A stretch of DNA of 64,000 nt, from the sequence record MW879341.1, one strand, 5' to 3'. Both the position numbers and the translations under genes were made by a program. The notes beneath the pieces were generated by a model that searched no databases, was not told the DNA's origin, and saw only the letters and a program-made list of their open reading frames with translations. Shown here piece after piece: positions 27,218 to 35,146 of the stretch (positions are counted from its first letter, which is position 1; each line of letters begins with the position of its first letter).

Positions 27218-27886
27218 ATGCGTTCACATATGATGCTTTCCCCAATGAGCCTGTCTGGTATGGGTATGTTCGATAGTTCACGTATCTCTATTCCGGCGGT
27301 GGGTCAGCGTTTACCGGTAGTTGAAGGCTACGTTGTTATTCAGGATGACGCACGTCCTGAGTTGGCTGTCGTTATGTTTGATGGTGGGGTCGTAGCTACT
27401 GCCACTTTGGGCGTACCGCAGCAAGCGCACGAGTATGGCTTTATGTCCGAGTACCACACAAAGTACGAAGTGGTGTTGAAAATCAACATCGCTGCTGACG
27501 AGTGGGATATCTCCATTAAGACAGAAGACCTCAGCTACGTACGCGGGTTGGTAGTGGCATGCAAGGAAAGTGAAATCGCACCACTGCTTCGTCTGTGTCT
27601 GGACGATGAAGTAAATGAAGAAGGGTTCACCATCGATACTGACTACGTGGATAATCTGATCACCCGTCTGGAGAATCACTTCCCAGAACACGGGCTGGAC
27701 TTCTACCCGAGCGATGCCTTCTTTAGCCACACCTCAGGCGACGAACCAGATAACCACCTGGTCGCTATCGTAGACCGCGTAACTAGCCGCCTGATCGGCT
27801 ATGTGCAGAAATCCACTGGTGGGGAACTGACTCACCAGCTGTTCCTTTCCACCGGTCGTAGTGACTTGATCTCAGCTTTACTCTAA
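27218..27886 (+). CDS. hypothetical protein
   Basis: AAGGA SD. Confidence 0.7.
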   Translation: MRSHMMLSPMSLSGMGMFDSSRISIPAVGQRLPVVEGYVVIQDDARPELAVVMFDGGVVATATLGVPQQAHEYGFMSEYHTKYEVVLKINIAADEWDISIKTEDLSYVRGLVVACKESEIAPLLRLCLDDEVNEEGFTIDTDYVDNLITRLENHFPEHGLDFYPSDAFFSHTSGDEPDNHLVAIVDRVTSRLIGYVQKSTGGELTHQLFLSTGRSDLISALL

Positions 27887-27896
27887 ATCAAAATAA

Positions 27897-27920
27897 TTTC
27901 AAATATATATTACCTCTGTG
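27897..27920 (+). promoter_or_regulatory. early promoter motif
   Basis: TTTCAAATATATATTACCTCTGTG. Confidence 0.75.
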
Positions 27921-27971
27921 CCAATAAGGGCACAGAGCTTTTAACTATTACCATTAATAAGGAATACCATT

Positions 27972-28403
27972 ATGTCAAACAAAGCAATGTACGCTGATCA
28001 ATTCGTAGCTCGCCTGGTTGTCCTGCTGCCTAACGTGTCAATCGAGCAAGCTCAAAAGTGGGTAAATGCCGCCCGCAATGAAAACTGTGTGGAAGGTTTA
28101 GTGCAGCCAGTGGCTCACGCCATGGGTACCAAAGCTGGAATGATCAAAGAGTGGCGAGTACGTCAGTTGCTTAAAGCATTCCTGGTGCCAGAGAACATGA
28201 ACACGTTGCCTGCCTTGAACTCACTGATTACTTGGTGTCAGGATAACTATAGCTGGTCTACTACCTGTACTAACACTGGTTCAGTGGGTGAACACTGGTT
28301 TGTTTGTAAGTCACTTGCAGAGTACGTTTCATACGGTACTCCAGCCAGAAAGATCGGCGAGCGTATGACAATGCGTCTGGCTGTATTATGTAAACCTCTG
28401 TAA
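27972..28403 (+). CDS. hypothetical early protein
   Basis: AAGGA SD behind early promoter. Confidence 0.7.
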   Translation: MSNKAMYADQFVARLVVLLPNVSIEQAQKWVNAARNENCVEGLVQPVAHAMGTKAGMIKEWRVRQLLKAFLVPENMNTLPALNSLITWCQDNYSWSTTCTNTGSVGEHWFVCKSLAEYVSYGTPARKIGERMTMRLAVLCKPL

Positions 28404-28554
28404 AAAATTACATAAGTGTCTAATAATGTAGAGAAAAGTACAGTCCCTCAGCTGAACTTTAGCCGTCCTCCACGCGGTCTCTGCTTCCACTACTTCGTCT
28501 AAAGGGATACCCTTAATTGGGTATCCCTTATGTTCGCCACTAAGGAAATGAGCT

Positions 28555-29163
28555 ATGTTAGAGAAACAACATTCCAGAATACTGGAGGTTGTCAACGGTC
28601 TGATTGCTGAGTCCAAATTGCTGGATGTTAAGTACGGTCCAGACGAACTCCCTGAATTAAACACTCGCGAGTATATCTCAGAGTTGTTAACCGGTGTTGG
28701 CTTTAAGTCCGATGAGTGTCGCTTCGAGTATATGGATAGCTACATCGGCAACATTGTCCGCTTTACTGTGGAAGATGCCATTATCGTTGACCTGCCGGCA
28801 AGCGTTGCTATCCGAGCGATGATCTATTCCAAACTGTTGGTGTTGGGTAGTCAGATACTGGAACAACCTGATGAACTCCTCGACGATAAAGAGATCGAAG
28901 AGTGGATGTTGCAGATCGCTCAGTATTTCAAACTGACGCGGGTCTATGACTCCAAAGAAGTTGTCACTGCACTGAGTGGCACTAAAGACGTGGCTGATGC
29001 CTACATGGCTGCCTTCTTCTTCTGGTCTGATGACAAGTCACTGTATGACGTGGTTCGTCAGATTGCTACACTTTACTTGCCGTCGAATGGTTTCCGTCGT
29101 GAGACTATCCTGAAGCGCGCAATCATTGCTTTTAACTTATTAAAGAAAGAGAACGCAAAATGA
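28555..29163 (+). CDS. hypothetical protein
   Basis: AAGGA SD. Confidence 0.7.
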   Translation: MLEKQHSRILEVVNGLIAESKLLDVKYGPDELPELNTREYISELLTGVGFKSDECRFEYMDSYIGNIVRFTVEDAIIVDLPASVAIRAMIYSKLLVLGSQILEQPDELLDDKEIEEWMLQIAQYFKLTRVYDSKEVVTALSGTKDVADAYMAAFFFWSDDKSLYDVVRQIATLYLPSNGFRRETILKRAIIAFNLLKKENAK

Positions 29164-29822
29164 TCGTAGATAACGTAACTATCGAAACCCTCACCCCGCT
29201 GTGTATCGTTGCCCAACTGGATGGCGGTAAAGGTAAAGTCGAAATTATCGAAGCGGCGCAGGGTGAAGCGTTCATGCGTTTCGGCGACAGTCCGGTAGAG
29301 CGTTATACCGCACTGATGGAACACGAAGACCTTTCCAATGAGAAAGTCGACGATAACGATAAGCTCTATCGTTTCATGTCAGACTTCTGGGAAGCCTTCT
29401 ACAAACCAGAAGGTCACCAACTGATCGTTGAGCGTGCAGATTCTCCGCTGGGTTACGGTCAGATTGGATTGTTCCTGTTCGGCGTTCTGTCTAAGGTAGC
29501 TGACTACCCTGGCAACCTGCGTGTATCTGGTGTAAGTGTAGAACACACCTACGCGTCTCGCGCAACACAGCCGTCTATGCGTAAAGACCTGAAGGTTGAA
29601 TGGCGTGCCAATGAGCAGCCTGCTAAAGCGGACTATTACTTCGCTGACCTGATGGCGTACCTGAACGGTCTGTCCGAACCGTACAACTGCCAGTTCTTAC
29701 TGAGCCAGTCTTACGGTAATTTCACCATCACACCGAAGTACAAAGGTTACAACGACAAACGTCACCTGCGTATGAACGAAGATCTGGATCGTGTGTTGGG
29801 TGTACGGCATGAGAAAGCGTAA
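29160..29822 (+). CDS. hypothetical protein
   Basis: ATGA overlap, biased codons. Confidence 0.75.
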   Translation: MIVDNVTIETLTPLCIVAQLDGGKGKVEIIEAAQGEAFMRFGDSPVERYTALMEHEDLSNEKVDDNDKLYRFMSDFWEAFYKPEGHQLIVERADSPLGYGQIGLFLFGVLSKVADYPGNLRVSGVSVEHTYASRATQPSMRKDLKVEWRANEQPAKADYYFADLMAYLNGLSEPYNCQFLLSQSYGNFTITPKYKGYNDKRHLRMNEDLDRVLGVRHEKA

Positions 29823-30081
29823 GCCACAGAAAACAAAACCTCGCCTGGGCTATGAAGAAACCGTAGCTCAAGTAAACGAGTTGGGTGATGCGCTGAATGT
29901 ATTCAGTCTAGCCCTGCACGGTGATATAACGGAAGATCGCCTCAAAGCGTTAATCCAAAAGAAACTAGGTAGTTCAATCTACCCTCAGTCTAGAAAGATC
30001 GGTTATCAGCTGGTAGCGTCAAATGACCCAGTTGCTTTAATAAACGCTTTAAGACAAAAACTGCATAACGCAATTAATTAA
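29809..30081 (+). CDS. small basic hypothetical protein
   Basis: ATG 29809 (MRKRK). Confidence 0.55.
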   Translation: MRKRKPQKTKPRLGYEETVAQVNELGDALNVFSLALHGDITEDRLKALIQKKLGSSIYPQSRKIGYQLVASNDPVALINALRQKLHNAIN

Positions 30082-30086
30082 GGATT

Positions 30087-30518
30087 ATGATGAAACGCAC
30101 TTTACTCGCACTGGCTTTACTGGTTCCTGCAATCGCTCACGCTAACTGGCATGGCAAAGACGCCAGCACCATTGGTGTTGATAGCGGGAAAGCTCAGTTG
30201 GACCTTACCGTCGTAACCAACGAAGATAACCCAACTGACGAAGGTATCGCTCTGTATTACTATCCGGCCGCACAGCCAAAGACCTGCGACTACACCACGG
30301 GGGTCTTTGAGATCTTCGATGTCAACGGTGAGAAAGTAGAGTTTAAGAAGTTCTGCATTAATGGTGGTAAATCTCCAGTAGCGTATACTCCTTCTACTTT
30401 CCAGGAAGCGGGTAAAGTGATCGATCTCCTTACCAAAGAGCCTAACGTGGTCATCCAAGGCGTAGCATTCACCACGCGTGGATTTGCTGAGCAGGTTGAA
30501 GTCTTAATGGGTCAGTAA
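30087..30518 (+). CDS. putative exported protein
   Basis: signal peptide MMKRTLLALALLVPAIAHA-N; two Cys. Confidence 0.7.
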   Translation: MMKRTLLALALLVPAIAHANWHGKDASTIGVDSGKAQLDLTVVTNEDNPTDEGIALYYYPAAQPKTCDYTTGVFEIFDVNGEKVEFKKFCINGGKSPVAYTPSTFQEAGKVIDLLTKEPNVVIQGVAFTTRGFAEQVEVLMGQ

Positions 30519-30607
30519 TAGAAACGGGACCTTAGGGTCCCTTTCATTACTCTTTTCTTTTTACCCCTATCATACGACACTATCTATTCAAACTCTGAGG
30601 GGGTTTT

Positions 30608-30832
30608 ATGTTATTCTGTTGTGACGAATGTAACTGTGTGGACGATAGCGATTTTGCACATCCTAACGCATTGGCACAAAAGCCGGGTGTATGGTTATGT
30701 TCAGCATGTCGTCCGATTTCTATTAACGGTCGCGTTGTAGACGGAGAGTGGCATAACGCCTTCCCTAAGGAAGAGTACGATCCTCAACAGGATGTCGTGT
30801 GTAACCGTCCCTCAGGACTAGGGTTGAGCTGA
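30608..30832 (+). CDS. small Cys-rich (Zn-binding) protein
   Basis: CCDECNCVD...WLCSAC. Confidence 0.65.
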   Translation: MLFCCDECNCVDDSDFAHPNALAQKPGVWLCSACRPISINGRVVDGEWHNAFPKEEYDPQQDVVCNRPSGLGLS

Positions 30833-31311
30833 TGTATGTAGTCGTTCGTGGCAATGCCATCGACATCGCTATTCAAAACGAAGTACATTTCGGTCATGGT
30901 TGTAATTGCTTTAACCGCATTAAGTCTGGCGTAGCTAAAGAAGTGCGTGACAGGCTCTATCCGATGGTTGAAGCTGATGATCGTACTGTGCGTGGAGATC
31001 GTTATAAGCTCGGGTCGTACAGCTACCACAAATTCCCATGGGGTATTGGGTTTAACTTCTACACCCAGTACACGTACTCCCGTGAGGGTATAGTGGCTGA
31101 CTACGATGCTATCCGCCGTTCGATTGGTGGTGCAATCCAGCGTATCCAGATACAGGACAACAGACCTTTGGTTATTCCGAAGATCGGTTCTGGTCTAGCA
31201 GGTGGTGATTGGGCAACTATTGAAGATATCCTTCAAAACATCACACCTCGCGATTTCAAGCTGGTTGTCGTAGAGTACGACAAAACGGTCTCTAAGCAAC
31301 CGATTGTCTAA
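30832..31311 (+). CDS. macrodomain (ADP-ribose processing) protein
   Basis: HGCNCF..SGVAKEV, LGSYS, NFYTQY, IPKIGSGLAGGDW. Confidence 0.85.
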   Translation: MYVVVRGNAIDIAIQNEVHFGHGCNCFNRIKSGVAKEVRDRLYPMVEADDRTVRGDRYKLGSYSYHKFPWGIGFNFYTQYTYSREGIVADYDAIRRSIGGAIQRIQIQDNRPLVIPKIGSGLAGGDWATIEDILQNITPRDFKLVVVEYDKTVSKQPIV

Positions 31312-31334
31312 ATCGTAGTTAGGTCAGTGAAACA

Positions 31335-31373
31335 CATAAAAATCGCTCTCAGTGTTTCTGAGGGCGTTTTATG
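31335..31373 (+). terminator. extended terminator hairpin
   Basis: CATAAAA..CGCTCTCAG-TGTTT-CTGAGGGCG-TTTTATG. Confidence 0.7.
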
Positions 31374-31441
31374 CTGTATTTAAATACATTCCTCCCCAAA
31401 TTTATGACGAAGTAGCTTTTTTACAACTGGGAGCGGTTTAG

Positions 31442-31918
31442 ATGAGTCAGGCAAATAAACAACTGAAGGTATTGATTCTTTCAGTTCAAACAATGCAACG
31501 TGAAGTTATCTCACGAGCAACACAATGGGCTATTGCAAACCGTGTGGAGAATTTAACGGAAGAACAGTGGTGTCATTGGTGTTCGTTGATTATTGACGAC
31601 ACGCTCAATGGGTTGATGAAGTGGGTGGAAGGGAAACATGAGGATGCCTTCAACTTTCTGTTAGAAAACCTACCGTGGTTTACGTTAGACGACGATAGCG
31701 GTTTACGTACATCGTTTGAAGACTACGTGTCATTAGACGTGACCCGCAAGTACGTTACCAACCCACTGTGTGAATACGTAGGCGTTACGTGGAAGGTGTG
31801 GACTACTCGTCCTTTCGATGACGATCTTGCCGTCGAAGAGGGTATGGACTACCGTGTGCTAGAATGGTATCGCATCACTGGGAAGGAGCTACCTGCCGGA
31901 CATGAAGCTGGAGTATAA
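31442..31918 (+). CDS. hypothetical protein (first gene of pre-DNAP operon)
   Basis: GGAG SD; synteny upstream of DNA polymerase. Confidence 0.7.
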   Translation: MSQANKQLKVLILSVQTMQREVISRATQWAIANRVENLTEEQWCHWCSLIIDDTLNGLMKWVEGKHEDAFNFLLENLPWFTLDDDSGLRTSFEDYVSLDVTRKYVTNPLCEYVGVTWKVWTTRPFDDDLAVEEGMDYRVLEWYRITGKELPAGHEAGV

Positions 31919-32261
31919 GCAAGCATTTGTTTACGACACCGAGCGAGTAGTTAATGAATTCTACAAATTGTTAGACAGCGTGAATTGTCCCGCCGCAATG
32001 ACCATACCGGATACCGTGTTAGTGCAAGCGGTTATGAACCAGGTTATGGGGTATTCCCCACATCGTGGTACAGCATCGCGGAGAGTATTGCATGATCTCC
32101 AACTGTTCGGTATACCGCCATTGGTCGCCGAGGACTTATTCAATCAACTGTGTACAATAATAAGCCAGAGACTACAGTCATTGTTAGGTAGAGCTCCTTT
32201 CAGAACTGAGCATCAATGGCGACATGTAGACGACACAAGCATTTTAATAATGGAGCAATAG
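31902..32261 (+). CDS. hypothetical protein
   Basis: overlapping operon gene. Confidence 0.65.
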   Translation: MKLEYKQAFVYDTERVVNEFYKLLDSVNCPAAMTIPDTVLVQAVMNQVMGYSPHRGTASRRVLHDLQLFGIPPLVAEDLFNQLCTIISQRLQSLLGRAPFRTEHQWRHVDDTSILIMEQ

Positions 32262-32852
32262 ATGCACGACTCAGTCATTATCGTAATTGACGATACTGTA
32301 CTGTGCGACTATCTGAGCATCCAACCCGCCACTTCTGCTTTCGAGCAGGAGTGGTTGATTATGCTCGCAATCGCACTATGGGATAATTCCCAAAGTAATG
32401 GGGACGCTGGGGAAGACTTAGGTCAGTGGTTAATGCGTTATTTACCAGCACACCATAACGAGACACTGTGCTTTATGTCAAGTTATACGAATGCGAACTA
32501 CAGTGTGACGCTGTTGAATGTGGTTCGAATTATCATCGATGTCGTTAATGATCTTGTAGAGTTGATTAACCGCCACTTTGATCGTGCGTTGTCAGGTTAC
32601 GTGTATGCTGGAGGTTGGACTATCACCAGTATCCACTTTGCAGACGGAGTGTACATTCGTTATGACAGGACCTATATCAATGAACTCCAAAGCGCCGCTG
32701 ACAGCTTACTGCCTAGACTTGACCTCATACAGCGAAACGTTCAAGGCACATCTCGGGGTACTTTGGGATTCCGCACACAAAGAGTGTCTGGAGGCGATCG
32801 CCATCCTCTCACATCGCAGGTGGATAACCAATACCCATCTCGATTCCGTTAG
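32262..32852 (+). CDS. hypothetical protein
   Basis: GGAG SD; long 3' overlap with next gene. Confidence 0.6.
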   Translation: MHDSVIIVIDDTVLCDYLSIQPATSAFEQEWLIMLAIALWDNSQSNGDAGEDLGQWLMRYLPAHHNETLCFMSSYTNANYSVTLLNVVRIIIDVVNDLVELINRHFDRALSGYVYAGGWTITSIHFADGVYIRYDRTYINELQSAADSLLPRLDLIQRNVQGTSRGTLGFRTQRVSGGDRHPLTSQVDNQYPSRFR

Positions 32853-33069
32853 TTTAATCGCAGTGTCCTCCACCCTGACCAAACATTGGGGGTATTTAGA
32901 GCCCCCGGAATCTGGAAAGGTATACGACATCTTAGGGAACATGTTGATCTGTTGTTCTAATGAATGTTGGTTGTTGTTCCAAGACGTGTTTGACGATCGT
33001 ACTCGCCACTCACGACTTACGGATGTAAAGGTTGACGATTTATACACGATAGTTATGATTTTTGAGTGA
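32662..33069 (+). CDS. hypothetical protein (start 32662 or 32680)
   Basis: GGAG upstream; fills the operon. Confidence 0.55.
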   Translation: MTGPISMNSKAPLTAYCLDLTSYSETFKAHLGVLWDSAHKECLEAIAILSHRRWITNTHLDSVSLIAVSSTLTKHWGYLEPPESGKVYDILGNMLICCSNECWLLFQDVFDDRTRHSRLTDVKVDDLYTIVMIFE

Positions 33070-33076
33070 GGTATGT

Positions 33077-33490
33077 ATGGCTTCCCCGGTTTTCTGTATG
33101 GCGTACGATTTGCGGTTTCTGGGGAGCGGCCCACACTTTGATGAATTAGCACGCTATTTCAGTTTCGAGCAAATCGTCCACTACGCTGTCGATGGGTACT
33201 ACAGTTCTTTTGATTCCGAGGCAACTGAAGAGTGGAAAGATATCATCGATTGTAACCTGACTGAGTTGCTGGATTCAGATTACTCGCTCCCACTCACAAT
33301 CGACAAACGTGCCATAGTTGAGTACTACATAAGTCAAATGAGTATGTACGTTGGGTGGTTAGGTAAGTATATCGCCTTTCCTAAAGAAGGATACCACACA
33401 GTAGTACATAACGTCATCGTTAACCATTACGATGTCTATGTTGTGTGTGATAATTTGGAGGGACCGGTGTATGCATGGCAATTACAATAA
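33077..33490 (+). CDS. hypothetical protein
   Basis: GAGG SD before ATG 33077. Confidence 0.65.
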   Translation: MASPVFCMAYDLRFLGSGPHFDELARYFSFEQIVHYAVDGYYSSFDSEATEEWKDIIDCNLTELLDSDYSLPLTIDKRAIVEYYISQMSMYVGWLGKYIAFPKEGYHTVVHNVIVNHYDVYVVCDNLEGPVYAWQLQ

Positions 33491-33890
33491 CCCACGGTAC
33501 AATAGCAGCACTGCTTTATGGTGCGCTTATAACCTACCTGACCAGGACAATAGTTTCAGGTTAGTAGCGAGCAGCATGAATATAGAGGTGACCAGCTTTA
33601 GTTGGTTGTGTCTTCATATCGCCGTATTGAGACTCAGGGGTGTTGGTACGTCTGAGCAAGATCGCGAGGTTGCTGTTTGGTTAGAACAGAGCTTGGGGAC
33701 GACAGTGGAGGAGGACATTAATTTCTACAATATCTTAATACAGAATGTAGACATATTAGCAGACCTCCTCTGTGCAATCGTTGCCAAAACTATCAACGTA
33801 TCAGCGTACGAGTGGATCTCAGCGAATCAGGTAATCCTTTCACCTGACTCAATGTTAATCGGCTTAAACGTCGTCGAGAGCTTAGTATGA
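33471..33890 (+). CDS. hypothetical protein
   Basis: GGAGG SD before ATG 33471. Confidence 0.6.
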   Translation: MHGNYNNPRYNSSTALWCAYNLPDQDNSFRLVASSMNIEVTSFSWLCLHIAVLRLRGVGTSEQDREVAVWLEQSLGTTVEEDINFYNILIQNVDILADLLCAIVAKTINVSAYEWISANQVILSPDSMLIGLNVVESLV

Positions 33891-34249
33891 ATAATAATGA
33901 ATATGATAATCTCATCGTAGAAACCGATAAGATTTTCGAATACGTGTTGCAGCGTAATGTAGGGTTCGTACAAATCCTATACACTGCCGAAGAATTATTG
34001 TCTATGGGTATCACGACCTTCAATTGTCATCGCATGGGACAACTGGACCCATCTGCTAATAACAACCGCTACCTGCGTGAAGCCTATCCTGGTGCTAACG
34101 AAGACCTGGAGTTGTTATTCGACCTGTTGGACCAAATCCGAATCCGCGTGGAGCAAAACGTCTCTGCTGCCGTTGCACGGTATGGTCAAGGTCGTCCTGT
34201 AGCAAACGTCCTGTTCCACGACTTTACCTTGTTGGTTGTTCTAGGGTAA
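33887..34249 (+). CDS. hypothetical protein
   Basis: ATGA overlap. Confidence 0.65.
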   Translation: MNNNEYDNLIVETDKIFEYVLQRNVGFVQILYTAEELLSMGITTFNCHRMGQLDPSANNNRYLREAYPGANEDLELLFDLLDQIRIRVEQNVSAAVARYGQGRPVANVLFHDFTLLVVLG

Positions 34250-34254
34250 CAGCT

Positions 34255-34650
34255 ATGTATTTAGTCTTCGGTAATCCTGAGTTGGACGAGTTATTACTAA
34301 CCGTCCAGTCTCATCAATTTATAGACGTGCCACCTAACCCTTGGATGGCCGCCAATTACGTAACAAGGGCCGTTAGGTTTTTGCTGGGTGAGGATCTTAC
34401 CGAGGACCAACATTTCGAAGAGTTCGTATTAGACTCATTGGAGCATTTGATCAATGAGTTCCTACGGAAACTTAATATGCCCTTTGCGAATGTGGACCTT
34501 CATGCCGAATCATGTGACCCATTCAACTTTTTCTTTATACTGGAGTTAAACGATGGATGTACTCGGCAAGGCCAATCTCCGCGACACCGTGAACTTTTCA
34601 CTTTACAGTCGTACGCAAGCCATAATCAACATCAATTTCAACGGATCTAA
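34255..34650 (+). CDS. hypothetical protein
   Basis: operon packing; 98-nt overlap with next gene. Confidence 0.55.
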   Translation: MYLVFGNPELDELLLTVQSHQFIDVPPNPWMAANYVTRAVRFLLGEDLTEDQHFEEFVLDSLEHLINEFLRKLNMPFANVDLHAESCDPFNFFFILELNDGCTRQGQSPRHRELFTLQSYASHNQHQFQRI

Positions 34651-34966
34651 AATCCTTGCGAAGTTAGATGCTGAGTCAGTACCGGCTGGTAGCGTAGATC
34701 CATATGCGTTACACGCTAACGTGTTTGGAACACTGCCTGAAGGAACGCCTTCTTCAGCAGACGACTACAACTGGTTGAAGATTCGACTGGCTAACGGTAC
34801 TACCACGTACATTGGCGAACCGTACATTCTGGCATCAACGTTAACTGTTGTGGATGGGGCTACTGTAGCCTTCTATGTCGACAATGCTAACCAAGATGTC
34901 ATCAATGCGGTGACAGCAGCAATTGCAACCACAGGGAACAAAGTTGCAAAAGTTGTGTTTGTATAG
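34553..34966 (+). CDS. conserved phiKZ-like protein (possibly virion-associated)
   Basis: GGAG SD; D.YALHANVFGTLPEGTP...Y.WLKI...NG...IGEPYI pattern recalled from relatives. Confidence 0.6.
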   Translation: MDVLGKANLRDTVNFSLYSRTQAIININFNGSKILAKLDAESVPAGSVDPYALHANVFGTLPEGTPSSADDYNWLKIRLANGTTTYIGEPYILASTLTVVDGATVAFYVDNANQDVINAVTAAIATTGNKVAKVVFV

Positions 34967-35052
34967 CTATTATATGAATTACACTCCGTGTCAGGCTTTC
35001 TACGGATGGAGAGTCGGAGTCAGTGGTTCGATTCCTTAAATAGCGCACATTG

Positions 35053-35080
35053 AGGCACTCCTTCGGGAGTGCCTTTTATG
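35053..35080 (+). terminator. intrinsic terminator
   Basis: AGGCACTCC-TTCG-GGAGTGCCT-TTTATG. Confidence 0.85.
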
Positions 35081-35146
35081 CTGTCTTTCTTTTTTTACAG
35101 ACCTTGGTGATTGTATGACGAAGTACAAACTGAGGAATGTAGAAGA

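Noticed and set aside
34981-35040. Canonical tRNA gene
   Set aside because: T-loop sequence is present but there is no proper T stem, D arm or acceptor stem; kept only as a tRNA-like finding.
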